Positions 48,098 to 57,566 of a DNA stretch of 64,000 nt are shown in pieces (within the stretch, counting starts at the first letter, position 1; each line of letters begins with the position of its first letter). Source of the stretch: Actinomycetes bacterium. GTDB taxonomy: Bacteria > Actinomycetota > Acidimicrobiia > Acidimicrobiales > JAMCPL01. The notes under the pieces are model-generated. The model saw only the letters and a list, made by a program, of their open reading frames with translations, did no database searches and was not told where the DNA came from. Made by a program: the position numbers and the translations under genes. Where the stretch lies: assembly GCA_021841005.1 (NCBI GenBank), contig JAKBVZ010000020.1, forward strand, positions 20,752 to 84,751, in the 5' to 3' direction.

Positions 48098-48550
48098 CTA
48101 TTCCTCTGCCATGACCTCCAGCGTGACCTCAGAATCCACTCCCGGATAGAGATTCAATGTGACCACGTGGACACCCAGTGATTTTATGGGAGCAGCAATG
48201 TGGACTGACTTCCGGTCGACTTCCACGCCGGTTTGGATACGCACAGAATCGCTCACATCAGCAGCCGTAACAGACCCGAACAGACGTCCCTCGGGTCCTG
48301 CTTTGGCATAGACCTTGATAGTGGCTTCTTCCAAAATCGTCCTGATGGATTGAGCGGATTCCATGTCTCTGGCCTCTTTGAGATCCCGGGCACGGCGCAT
48401 GGCTTCAGCCTGTTTCGTCATTTTCTCCGTAGCGGCAAGTGCACTTCTCGAAGGCAAAAGCTTGTTACGAGCATAACCATCTGCAACTTCGACAATGTCG
48501 CCTTTCCTACCAAGATCATTGACATCCGTCCGTAGCAGCACCCTCATCAC
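48098..48550 (-). CDS. rplI: 50S ribosomal protein L9
   Basis: [32 protein letters not shown] is typical of L9. Its start overlaps the rpsR stop (GTGATG). Confidence 0.95.
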   Translation of the reverse strand: MMRVLLRTDVNDLGRKGDIVEVADGYARNKLLPSRSALAATEKMTKQAEAMRRARDLKEARDMESAQSIRTILEEATIKVYAKAGPEGRLFGSVTAADVSDSVRIQTGVEVDRKSVHIAAPIKSLGVHVVTLNLYPGVDSEVTLEVMAEE

Positions 48551-49239
48551 TGAATGTCTCCCCCGGTACCGCCCTCATCTTCCCTGTCACCGGAAGCCAC
48601 CGTACCACCCGGATCTGTAATGTCCGAGTCGGTCACGGCGCCCGCCGGAGCGCCCGGACCAGCTGGATCCGACCCGCCCGTCGGCACCTCTGAGCTACCT
48701 GAATCCAACGGGCCACCTGGAATCTCCGAGCCATCCGTACTCCCGGCAACATCCAGCCTTTCCGTAGAACCCCTACCGGTCTTGCCGGCACCACCTCCCC
48801 TGCTGGGATTATCCGTCCTGCCCCGTGGTCTTGCTCTGGACCCTTCGGAATCCCGTATCGGGCGGTCGGTATGATTCATGTGCTCACCCGTGACAGCTCT
48901 CTCGCCATCTCCTGGGAGGATATCACCCATATCCAGCGAGTAGGAAGACTGCCTGCGAGTTCCCGTTCTTTCAGCGCTAACGCGCTGGGCATATGGTAAC
49001 AATGCTACTTCACGCGCAGTCTTGACAGCTATGGCTATATCATGCTGATGCTGAGTGCAGTTACCCGTGACGCGCCTTGCCTTGATCTTGCCCCGCTCGC
49101 TAACATATCTCTTCAAGAAATCCACATCCTTGTAATCCACCCACTCTATATCATCAATACAGAGCAAGCAGGGCTTTTTTCTGTACTTACGCCCTGTGTC
49201 TTTCGTAACTTTGCGATTTTTCATACCATTTCTTCCCAT
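48547..49239 (-). CDS. rpsR: 30S ribosomal protein S18 with about 145-aa disordered C-terminal extension
   Basis: S18 core ([63 protein letters not shown]) is followed by a Gly/Asp/Ser/Pro-rich tail. I chose the start at the ATG at 49239 (GAGGAG 10 nt upstream), just after the ssb stop. Confidence 0.85.
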   Translation of the reverse strand: MGRNGMKNRKVTKDTGRKYRKKPCLLCIDDIEWVDYKDVDFLKRYVSERGKIKARRVTGNCTQHQHDIAIAVKTAREVALLPYAQRVSAERTGTRRQSSYSLDMGDILPGDGERAVTGEHMNHTDRPIRDSEGSRARPRGRTDNPSRGGGAGKTGRGSTERLDVAGSTDGSEIPGGPLDSGSSEVPTGGSDPAGPGAPAGAVTDSDITDPGGTVASGDREDEGGTGGDIQ

Positions 49240-49240
49240 A

Positions 49241-49747
49241 TCAGAAAGGCTCCTCACTTTCATCGTAATGCACGGCACCCGGCTCGTCTTCCGCATAGTG
49301 CTTGGATGACGGTGCACCGTATGGACTACGACGAGAAAATCCTGGCGCAGGCGTACCGGTCTCCCCAGCCCCGCTTGCTTCCCTGCGCTCATTCTTTACA
49401 ATCTGTGCAGTAGCCCACCGCAAACTGGGACCCACTTCATCCGCCGTGATCTCGACCTTGTAACGATGCTCGCCGTCTGGAGTCTCCCAGGACCTTTGAT
49501 CAAGCCGACCCGTTACGATCACGCGAGTACCCTTTGACAATGACTCACTGGCATTTTCCGCCATCTCACGCCAGCATATCACATCAAAAAACGATACGTT
49601 CTCTTCCCAATCCTGTGTCTGCCGGTTCTGCCAGCGCCTGTTGACAGCCAACCCGAAAGCCGCTTTGGCAATCCCACTGGGGGTATAGCTCAGTTCCGGA
49701 TCTCTGGTCACATTACCAATCAATACAACCGTATTACCATTTGACAT
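49241..49747 (-). CDS. ssb: Single-stranded DNA-binding protein
   Basis: OB-fold N-terminus ([21 protein letters not shown]) and an acidic C-terminal tip (DESEEPF). Confidence 0.95.
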   Translation of the reverse strand: MSNGNTVVLIGNVTRDPELSYTPSGIAKAAFGLAVNRRWQNRQTQDWEENVSFFDVICWREMAENASESLSKGTRVIVTGRLDQRSWETPDGEHRYKVEITADEVGPSLRWATAQIVKNERREASGAGETGTPAPGFSRRSPYGAPSSKHYAEDEPGAVHYDESEEPF

Positions 49748-49824
49748 TTTATATCACTCCCACTCTTTAAGAAGGCACCGTTCAAGCATACTCAAAATAT
49801 CCAAAAACCCACAAGATCATATAC

Positions 49825-50181
49825 TCAGACAGCAACCCTGGACATTCTCGACAACTCCCTCGCCTCACTCCATTTGACCTGCTTAGTGTAGTTGTCAGGA
49901 AGTTTGACAACCTTATGACGAATAATCTCATCCATAAGGTAAAACGCGCGCTCAATCTGACCTATGCCACTTCCGTCAGCTTCAAAGCGAAAGAGCGCGT
50001 AGCTTCCTTCGTCATGATGATCAATACTGTAGGCCAGCGTTCTCTTGCCAAGACTTTCAGTTGTGACCACCGTAGCGCCGGCAGAACGTAAAGTGTCCTC
50101 TGCCCGCTTTATGGCACTTTCCAGAACACCTGGCTCGAGCTTGGTATTGAAAATTACCATAGCTTCATAAAGTCGTTGCAT
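49825..50181 (-). CDS. rpsF: 30S ribosomal protein S6
   Basis: YEAMVIFNTKLE...RTLAYSI...GSYALFRF is typical of S6. First gene of the rpsF-ssb-rpsR-rplI operon. Confidence 0.93.
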   Translation of the reverse strand: MQRLYEAMVIFNTKLEPGVLESAIKRAEDTLRSAGATVVTTESLGKRTLAYSIDHHDEGSYALFRFEADGSGIGQIERAFYLMDEIIRHKVVKLPDNYTKQVKWSEARELSRMSRVAV

Positions 50182-50366
50182 GATCTAATCTGTCTCCTTC
50201 GGTCCTGAGTCACATCCCTTGCAATAATGGATGATCCTCTCTAGGGCCCCCGTAGGGGCAGGTAGCGTAATAATCAGGTCAGTATATCACAAGGAACCGG
50301 GCCAATGCGCTCCCGTGCGTTCAATTTCAATACCCAATTTCACCGGCTGCCGCAGTTGCGCGGCGG

Positions 50367-51182
50367 TCAATGATAAGACTCCTCGTCTGAAGGATACCTG
50401 CCCGCTCTGACATCCTCTGACCATGACGATACCGCTCTAATGGCATCGTCAGCCAGAGTTGCATACCTTCGCACAAACTTGGGTACCCTTTCGCTCAGAC
50501 CCAACAGATCGTGAAATACCAGTACCTGGCCATCACAGTCGGCACCCGCTCCGATCCCGATGGTCGGCACCGGAACGCTCGCAGTGACCTCGGCAGCAAC
50601 TGCCCGAGGCACCGCCTCCAGCACGATGGCAAAGCATCCCACTTCGGCCAAGCCAATCGCATCCTGAACCAGCATCTCGACAGCCAACGGATCTTTGGCC
50701 TGCACTCTATGGCCTCCCAGGCGATGTATGGACTGTGGCGTCAATCCGATATGTCCCATGACAGGAATCTCGGCGGCAACCAAGGCTTCAATCGCCGACC
50801 GCCTGATCCGCCCTCCCTCCAATTTGACCGCTCCAGCGCCGGCTCTGATGATAGCAGCGGCATTTCGTATCGTATCGGCATCACCAAGGTGATACGAGAG
50901 CCAGGGCATGTCCCCGACAACCAAGGCATTAGGCTTGACGCTACTGACAGCAGCCACATGGACAACCATATGCTCCACGGTCATATTCAAGGTGTCGCTC
51001 TGTCCATGCACCGTCATGGCGGCGCTGTCGCCGACAAGAATAATGTCGACACCTCCCGCATCAGCTATCCGAGCTCCAGGAGCGTCGTATGCCGTCAGCA
51101 CGACTATAGGGGCACTGCTTTTTGACCTCTTACGTACCTTGATGTCCGGAACGGTAACTTGTGGAGCCATAGCTATACCCAT
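50367..51182 (-). CDS. panB: 3-methyl-2-oxobutanoate hydroxymethyltransferase
   Basis: VLTAYDAPGARIADAGGVDIILVGDSAAMTVHG and KLEGG motifs. Confidence 0.93.
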   Translation of the reverse strand: MGIAMAPQVTVPDIKVRKRSKSSAPIVVLTAYDAPGARIADAGGVDIILVGDSAAMTVHGQSDTLNMTVEHMVVHVAAVSSVKPNALVVGDMPWLSYHLGDADTIRNAAAIIRAGAGAVKLEGGRIRRSAIEALVAAEIPVMGHIGLTPQSIHRLGGHRVQAKDPLAVEMLVQDAIGLAEVGCFAIVLEAVPRAVAAEVTASVPVPTIGIGAGADCDGQVLVFHDLLGLSERVPKFVRRYATLADDAIRAVSSWSEDVRAGRYPSDEESYH

Positions 51183-51277
51183 ATTAGCCTAATCAGGTGG
51201 TTCCACGGGCTGCGGCATAGTGGCCGCAGCGGATCTGGAGATAGCTATACCCATATTAGCCTAATCAGGTGGTTCCA
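51169..51277. repeat. MIRU-like element, locus C: 37-bp direct repeat flanking a 35-bp hairpin core (72-bp period) at the DUF5318/panB junction
   Basis: ATAGCTATACCCATATTAGCCTAATCAGGTGGTTCCA occurs at 51169-51205 and at 51241-51277. The core contains CTGCGGCATAGTGGCCGCAG. A minus-strand mini-ORF lies at 51189..51254. Confidence 0.95.
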
Positions 51278-51718
51278 GGCACAATCCGGGCACACTTCCA
51301 CCACGTAACAAGCCACTTGACGGCCATGGACACGCATTTTCAGCTTGGTGATCTCGCTGGAATCAGTCACACAGCGACCTCCTGACGGGAGGCCATTGCC
51401 AAATGCATATGTAACGTGGACCGTATGACCATCTTGGCAAATCGGACAACTTTCTGCAGATGGCCTACCTACATTGCGTGCGGCCCTCAGCAGCTCGGGG
51501 TGGGCATCGCAGATATCCCTCTTGGAAACGCGACCCTTACGGAACTGAGCGATGAGCGACTCGCGAATCACTCCATACTCGACACCAGCCATCAGCTCTC
51601 CCGAAGGGTTCGGCTTTAAGCGACGAGAGGGCTGCATGCTCGCGCCACTCGATCTATTCCCGTTAAGGATATCCGAGGACACATCTCCAACGTCTCCACC
51701 AATATCTCCACCAGTCAT
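51245..51718 (-). CDS. DUF5318-like conserved actinobacterial protein (Cys-rich)
   Basis: Conserved-looking core (RKGRVSKRDICDAHPELLRAARNVGRPSAESCPICQ...VVEVCPDCAWNHL). It sits in the typical position divergent from padR-ino1. Its last 11 codons lie inside repeat copy 2. Confidence 0.65.
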   Translation of the reverse strand: MTGGDIGGDVGDVSSDILNGNRSSGASMQPSRRLKPNPSGELMAGVEYGVIRESLIAQFRKGRVSKRDICDAHPELLRAARNVGRPSAESCPICQDGHTVHVTYAFGNGLPSGGRCVTDSSEITKLKMRVHGRQVACYVVEVCPDCAWNHLIRLIWV

Positions 51719-51786
51719 GCCCTACAGGCTAATCGCTTATGAGATGTGAAGCACAACATGGCTTTCGACGTTCTCGATTTGCATTA

Positions 51787-51804
51787 GTGTCGATATATCG
51801 ATAC
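51787..51804. promoter_or_regulatory. Candidate PadR operator (18-bp near-perfect palindrome)
   Basis: GTGTCGATATATCGATAC contains the perfect 12-bp core TCGATATATCGA. It lies 10 nt upstream of the padR ATG in the divergent intergenic region. Confidence 0.4.
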
Positions 51805-51814
51805 AATATATCTA

Positions 51815-52501
51815 ATGCTTGAAATTGCACTTCTTGGAGTCCTCTCAGATGCTGACCTTCACGGTTACGAGATACGAAAACGTCTCAAGGAAGAGGGTCT
51901 CATCATGAATCTCTCGTTCGGAACCCTGTATCCTGCCTTGGCTCGCCTCGAGCGCTCCGGAGCAATAGAGTCATACCTTCAAGCCCCTACATCGGCCAAG
52001 CGTACGCGGACTCCGCTTACAGGATCCCTGACGGGGGAGAGAGCGGTGGCTGGATCACTGATGCACCAGCCCGTCAAGTCCACCCGGAACAAGAAAGTGT
52101 ACCGGCTGACTCCCGCCGGACAGGTACTCTTCAGAGAACTACTTGATTCTGACAGTTCAAATGGTGCTGATCGTCGCTCATTCGATATACGGTTGGCTTT
52201 CGCGCGATACCTCCCACCTTCCGCAAGACTCAAACTTCTCGAACGCAGGCGTGCGCGGATCATGGAAGACCTGGAACAGGCCAGATTGGTCTCGCAGGAA
52301 ACCCGCAAGCAAACCAAGAAATACGGAAACGCCCTGATCGAGCACAATATCGAGTCCATGGAACGTGATATGGCCTGGCTCAACAAGTTGATCACGGCGG
52401 AAATCGCATCTCGTGATGACACGACTAAGAGGTCGGTTGCAACGCGCACCACCAAAGCTCACTTACCTACAGAGATAATAAGTCCAGGCTCAGAGATCTA
52501 G
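51815..52501 (+). CDS. PadR-family transcriptional regulator
   Basis: The N-terminal winged helix (LLGVLSDADLHGYEIRKRLKEEG...FGTLYPALARLERSG) is typical of PadR. Located upstream of ino1, as in mycobacteria. Confidence 0.85.
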   Translation: MLEIALLGVLSDADLHGYEIRKRLKEEGLIMNLSFGTLYPALARLERSGAIESYLQAPTSAKRTRTPLTGSLTGERAVAGSLMHQPVKSTRNKKVYRLTPAGQVLFRELLDSDSSNGADRRSFDIRLAFARYLPPSARLKLLERRRARIMEDLEQARLVSQETRKQTKKYGNALIEHNIESMERDMAWLNKLITAEIASRDDTTKRSVATRTTKAHLPTEIISPGSEI

Positions 52502-52541
52502 CCGGTCGCCCTCTTCTCACAACAGACAAAGGAGATAATAT

Positions 52542-53624
52542 ATGAGCACAAAGAAGGAACCAATAAAATTGGCAATCGCAGGCATAGGAAACTGCGCCAG
52601 TTCGCTTGTACAAGGCCTCGAGTACTATAAGGATGCAGATCCGCAGGATACTATTTCAGGGCTTATGCATGTCGTGTTGGGAGGTTACCACATCTCGGAT
52701 ATAAAAGTAGTGGCAGCTTTCGACATCGACAGCGCCAAAGTCAGTACGGATCTGTCAAAGGCGATCTTTGCGGGGCAAAACAACACGATACGTTTCTCGA
52801 AAGTAGGGTATCAGGATGTACCTGTCAAGCGGGCGCCCACTATGGACAGTTGCGGCATGTACTACGGGGAAATGATGGAGGAATCTCCGGCAGAACCCGT
52901 GGATGTGGCAGAGGAACTGCGGAAAAGTGGAGCACAGGTACTCGTCAGTTACTTGCCCGTGGGATCGGAGAAGGCTCAGCGTCATTACGCAGAGGCATGC
53001 CTGGAGGCGGGAGTCGCCTTCATCAATGCCATACCGGTGTTCATTGCGAGTGACCCGGCATGGGCAGACCGGTTCACCAAGGCCGGCATTCCCATAATCG
53101 GAGATGACATAAAGAGCCAGGTAGGTTCCACAATATTGCACAGGATCATTACAAGGCTCATGGAGGACAGGGGCGTCAGCATCGACCACACATACCAGCT
53201 CAATTTCGGGGGCAACATGGACTTCATGAACATGCTGGAACGATCTAGGCTCGAATCGAAGAAAATCTCCAAGACACAAGCAGTCACCAGCCAGATCGAC
53301 TCATCCCATCTAGAAGCATCTGATGTTCACATCGGCCCGTCGGATCATGTTCCCTGGTTGAATGACAGAAAATGGGCATACATAAGGCTGGAGGGTAGAA
53401 ATTTCGGTGATGCCCCGCTCTCCGTGGAACTGAAGCTGGAGGTATGGGACTCACCCAACTCGGCTGGCGTCATGATAGATGCCATCCGGTGCGCTCGCCT
53501 GGCGATTGACAGAGGTATTGGCGGGCCTCTCGTGGCACCGAGCGCATACTTCATGAAATCTCCACCAGTGCAATATCACGACAATATAGCTCACGACATG
53601 GTAGAACAGTTCATAGCCGGGTAA
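52542..53624 (+). CDS. ino1: Inositol-3-phosphate synthase
   Basis: Actinobacterial Ino1 signature N-terminus [22 protein letters not shown]. 360 aa. Confidence 0.9.
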   Translation: MSTKKEPIKLAIAGIGNCASSLVQGLEYYKDADPQDTISGLMHVVLGGYHISDIKVVAAFDIDSAKVSTDLSKAIFAGQNNTIRFSKVGYQDVPVKRAPTMDSCGMYYGEMMEESPAEPVDVAEELRKSGAQVLVSYLPVGSEKAQRHYAEACLEAGVAFINAIPVFIASDPAWADRFTKAGIPIIGDDIKSQVGSTILHRIITRLMEDRGVSIDHTYQLNFGGNMDFMNMLERSRLESKKISKTQAVTSQIDSSHLEASDVHIGPSDHVPWLNDRKWAYIRLEGRNFGDAPLSVELKLEVWDSPNSAGVMIDAIRCARLAIDRGIGGPLVAPSAYFMKSPPVQYHDNIAHDMVEQFIAG

Positions 53625-53796
53625 GCGACTCCTCTAAAGGTCGGCATCAGCCAGCCTTTAGCACGAAAAAGCAGGTAAGAGGCTGAACCTCTAAGTATAC
53701 CGAAAGAATGCGGATCAGACACTTGCGCGCCACATTGTGGGCAATTCAAGTAATTCAACGGCATCCACCAGTTCTCCAGAATTAAGATTGCCCTGT

Positions 53797-55209
53797 TTAG
53801 TACTCAGGAGCGGTACGATGCTTCCACCATTCGTCCAACTCCCTGTACGCTTCGCTCTCGGAGAGAGGCCCCCTGTCCATTCTGAGCTCCAGTAGAAAGG
53901 AGAGCGCCTCGCCAACCTCGTGCCCAGGCGGTATACCAAGATGCTCCATGACTTGGACCCCATTCAGGTCCGGCCTTATTGCGTCGAGTTCTTCGCGCAA
54001 TCTAAGTTCCTCTATGCGCCTCTCGAGTTCGTCCATCCTGAGGTTGAGCTTCCTGGCCTTGTCAGGATCGCGGGTGGTGCAGTCACATCTGGTCAGTTCG
54101 TTGAGCCAACTGAGCAACGGACCTGCATCTCGGACATACCTTCGTACAGCACTGTCTGTCCAACCGAATCTATACGTGTGAAACCTGAGATGTAGCTCCA
54201 CCAGCCCTGACACGGTTTCGATATCCTCCTTGGAATATCTGAGCTGCTTCATGCGCATCCTTGCCATTCTAGCGCCAACGACATCATGGTGGTAAAAGGA
54301 AACTCCGCCCGACGAAAATGACCGCGTGGCGGGTTTGCCTACATCATGGAAGAGAGCCGCAAGTCTGAGCAGCCTTTCGGGACTGCTCTTGTCCACCACT
54401 GCCAGCGTATGCGCCAGCACATCCTTATGACGATGAATAGGATCCTGCTCCAATCCAAGCGCCGGCAACTCGGGAAGGAACTCACCGGCTAATCCAGTAT
54501 CGACAAGAAATTTCAGCCCACTTGATGGTCTGTTCACCACCAGCAACTTGTCCAGTTCATCGCGAATACGCTCACGCGACACCACCTCTATACGTCCAGC
54601 CAGTTCAGATACAGCAGATACCAGCTCGTCTACCGGAACGAGATGATACCCTGCAATAAGCCTGGCAGCTCGCAGCATTCTAAGTGGATCATCGGAGAAA
54701 GACTTTTCAGGGCTGGACGGGGTTCTCAGCCTTCCCGCGGCAAGGTCATTCACCCCTCCGAAAGGATCGATCAGTTCCAGCGACGGAAGTGAAAGTGCCA
54801 TCGAATTCACCGTAAAATCCCTGCGAACGAGATCTTCTTCGAGCGAATCACCGAATGTGACTTCTGGATTGCGTGTCCCCGGGTTGTACACTTCGGCCCT
54901 GTAGGTAGTGATCTCGTAGCGCAACCCGTCCTTTAGCGCGGCTATTGTACCGAACTGCTTGCCTTGGATCCATACATTGTCCGCCCAGCCACCAACCAGT
55001 GCTTGGATTTCATCCGGGCGCGCATCGGTGGCAAAGTCCAGGTCCGGCATGGCATCAGGCAAGCCAGGCACGCCAACGCTGGCACTTTTTCCTAGAATGA
55101 GATCACGAACCGTTCCGCCGACCAGGTACAATTGCTTGCCGGCAGCCTGGAAACGATCACAGAGCTTTCCGGTCATGCTGACAATCTCATGTACTCGTTC
55201 TGGAATCAT
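53797..55209 (-). CDS. cca: CCA-adding tRNA nucleotidyltransferase with HD domain
   Basis: PolyA_pol head (YLVGGTVRDLILG, DLDFAT) plus an HD region (LFHDVGKP). Confidence 0.88.
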   Translation of the reverse strand: MIPERVHEIVSMTGKLCDRFQAAGKQLYLVGGTVRDLILGKSASVGVPGLPDAMPDLDFATDARPDEIQALVGGWADNVWIQGKQFGTIAALKDGLRYEITTYRAEVYNPGTRNPEVTFGDSLEEDLVRRDFTVNSMALSLPSLELIDPFGGVNDLAAGRLRTPSSPEKSFSDDPLRMLRAARLIAGYHLVPVDELVSAVSELAGRIEVVSRERIRDELDKLLVVNRPSSGLKFLVDTGLAGEFLPELPALGLEQDPIHRHKDVLAHTLAVVDKSSPERLLRLAALFHDVGKPATRSFSSGGVSFYHHDVVGARMARMRMKQLRYSKEDIETVSGLVELHLRFHTYRFGWTDSAVRRYVRDAGPLLSWLNELTRCDCTTRDPDKARKLNLRMDELERRIEELRLREELDAIRPDLNGVQVMEHLGIPPGHEVGEALSFLLELRMDRGPLSESEAYRELDEWWKHRTAPEY

Positions 55210-55249
55210 GGTGAATAATCTACCCTAGCCGAGCTAACATCATTCCAGT

Positions 55250-57544
55250 GTGAAAATCAGCTTGGATAACCGGTACGCCGGCAGTGACAGATCTCATTGC
55301 AAATCTTTGACGCGAGCAATTGCCGAGTTCTGGCAGGCTTCGCAAATTCTTTCGTTCTCCTTTGCCTCGCTCGGCTCGCTTGCTGTAGCTCTTGTATTTG
55401 TTGCACTCCTACTCTCGCAGGCAGGCTCCGGTACAAGCATTCATGAAGGCGTAACACGCAATGTGGTGCAGGCAGGCAACCCAACTAGAGCCGACACCTT
55501 AACCTCTACTACGATACATCCGCGATTGAACCTAGTCAACCAGACGCCATGGGCAAATCTTACCCATCCTTACAACCTGCGTTTTGACCTCACGGGCAAC
55601 CCAGCAAGTGGCACAGCACGCCCTACCCAAGCCGCTGCGTCACCACTCAAACTGCCACACAATCTCCTTGCCAGCTATTCAGTAACCGTGTTGCTGTACA
55701 ACAGATTGATCAGCCAATCGGCCTTTCAGGCATCCTTGGGCAATGTTTCCAGTGGATCGGTCCTCACCCAGTCAACACCCATACCCCTCAGCAATCTCGC
55801 ACAGTACACAGGGGGAAATTTCAGTTTGACAATCGACATCAGCGATGGCTACACAAGTACCTCCTTGCCATCTTCGTTCACTGCCGGTCTGTCGTGCATG
55901 CCGGGCAGCGGCACATGCCACGGTGTCTACCCGCTGCAGCTTGCCCTCCAGGCGACTCGTCCTGATGGTTCGGTCTCCACGGTATCCAGCCTCGACACGT
56001 ATATGATTTACATACACACAACACCCCCGACTCAAAAGCTACATGTATCCTGGATAGTTCCACTGATGTTACCGGCGCAAGCGATCGGAGCCGGCGGCGC
56101 TCCTCTACCCGTATCCCGTAATTCACTGAGGGCATTTACCGCTACACTGAACGCCATCAAGAACAACCCGGCAACCCCAGTCACTCTATTTCCCGAACCG
56201 GCAGCCTTGCACCAGATTACAATGATGGCCTCTAACGGAAACAGTACTGCTCGCACCGCGCTGAATGACCTGACCGTCATAGATTCTGAACCAAATGATG
56301 AACTAATCTCAGGTCCTTACGTACCGATAAACGTAAGTCAACTTGCCTCCGCCAATCTGACACAACAGATAGGCGACCAACTGAACCAGGGCAAAACCAT
56401 AATGGCAAACGCACATCTTCATTCATACGGACATCTCTGGTTACCGTCCATGCCGCTCTCTGATCAAGGAGCCTCCGCTTTGCAGGCATTGGGCATAACC
56501 AATCTAGCCATACATATGTCAAACCTGAATACCCAGTATACGAATTTGACACCTACCAATCCCTTCACGCTGAACTTGGGTACACATCACAGTGTCACTG
56601 GTTATCCTCTGGACAGCAGTTCCAACAGCATACTGTCCCAGGTACCTACAATTGGCTCAGCGCTGGCAGCATATGATCTTCTTGCCAATTTCGCTATAGT
56701 ATATTTTGAAGCCCCGTTCGAACCCACTCCCAGAGGCATTATAGTATTTCACAACCAAAATCAGCCTATACCAGCAGCTTTTGTAAACACCTTTCTGGGC
56801 CTACTGGACAGCAACCCGGTGATTCAGCCAGTAACGTTTTCCCAATACTTGAAGCAAGTTCCCTCACTGCCGAATGCCGGTGATCGTAGCTTGATACTCA
56901 GCACCGCCCAGGCGCGCATTATGACCATGCCCCCAAAACTATACTCTGCAATCACGCAATCATATAGCCGTCTCGTAGCCTTCGAGTCATCTTTTACCAG
57001 TGGTACCGTTTCCCAGTCACTATACGATATGTTCCTGTCCAGTTTTGACAGTACGTTCTCCACTCATTCTGCCATTTCAGCTATCAGCGGTTTCAATCAG
57101 AGAATTTCGAGATACTTACACAACGTGTCCATCATCTCCGATAAAACCGTCACTTTTACGTCTTCAAAAGCCACAATACCGATCACCTTGACATCTAAAT
57201 TAAAATATCCCGTGAAAATCCGTCTCGAACTGCAGGGCAGTGGTATCCAACCAATATCAGGCCGGTATAAGCAAGTCACCCTTAAACATAGCACCACTGT
57301 TGTATACATTCCGTTAATTATTCGTGCTACTGGTTATTTCAAAATTACGGTAAGACTGGTTTCCGTGAAGGGAAATATGACCATTGCTGCTGCACGCCTG
57401 CCAGTCCGGTCTACTGCCATCTCTTCAGTGGCAGTTGTATTATCGATTGGAGCCATCCTGATATTGTTAGGGTGGTGGCTGCATACTCTTAAACTCAAAC
57501 ATTCAACAGAGAGGCATGTGCCGAAACACGTGCAACGCACCTGA
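55250..57544 (+). CDS. Large conserved hypothetical membrane-anchored protein (Rv3909/DUF6049-like by position)
   Basis: 764-codon ORF with an N-terminal TM helix and a C-terminal TM helix (AVVLSIGAILILLGWWL). It sits immediately upstream of murJ, as its mycobacterial counterpart does. Confidence 0.6.
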   Translation: MKISLDNRYAGSDRSHCKSLTRAIAEFWQASQILSFSFASLGSLAVALVFVALLLSQAGSGTSIHEGVTRNVVQAGNPTRADTLTSTTIHPRLNLVNQTPWANLTHPYNLRFDLTGNPASGTARPTQAAASPLKLPHNLLASYSVTVLLYNRLISQSAFQASLGNVSSGSVLTQSTPIPLSNLAQYTGGNFSLTIDISDGYTSTSLPSSFTAGLSCMPGSGTCHGVYPLQLALQATRPDGSVSTVSSLDTYMIYIHTTPPTQKLHVSWIVPLMLPAQAIGAGGAPLPVSRNSLRAFTATLNAIKNNPATPVTLFPEPAALHQITMMASNGNSTARTALNDLTVIDSEPNDELISGPYVPINVSQLASANLTQQIGDQLNQGKTIMANAHLHSYGHLWLPSMPLSDQGASALQALGITNLAIHMSNLNTQYTNLTPTNPFTLNLGTHHSVTGYPLDSSSNSILSQVPTIGSALAAYDLLANFAIVYFEAPFEPTPRGIIVFHNQNQPIPAAFVNTFLGLLDSNPVIQPVTFSQYLKQVPSLPNAGDRSLILSTAQARIMTMPPKLYSAITQSYSRLVAFESSFTSGTVSQSLYDMFLSSFDSTFSTHSAISAISGFNQRISRYLHNVSIISDKTVTFTSSKATIPITLTSKLKYPVKIRLELQGSGIQPISGRYKQVTLKHSTTVVYIPLIIRATGYFKITVRLVSVKGNMTIAAARLPVRSTAISSVAVVLSIGAILILLGWWLHTLKLKHSTERHVPKHVQRT

Positions 57545-57566
57545 CGGGTTCGAGGCTTACCAACCA

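Noticed and set aside
50182-50290. A possible rpsF 5-prime leader (S6:S18-binding motif) with a GCCCC-N-GGGGC hairpin upstream of rpsF.
   Set aside because: I cannot reproduce the published motif's conserved features from memory well enough to assert it. It needs an Rfam covariance-model scan.
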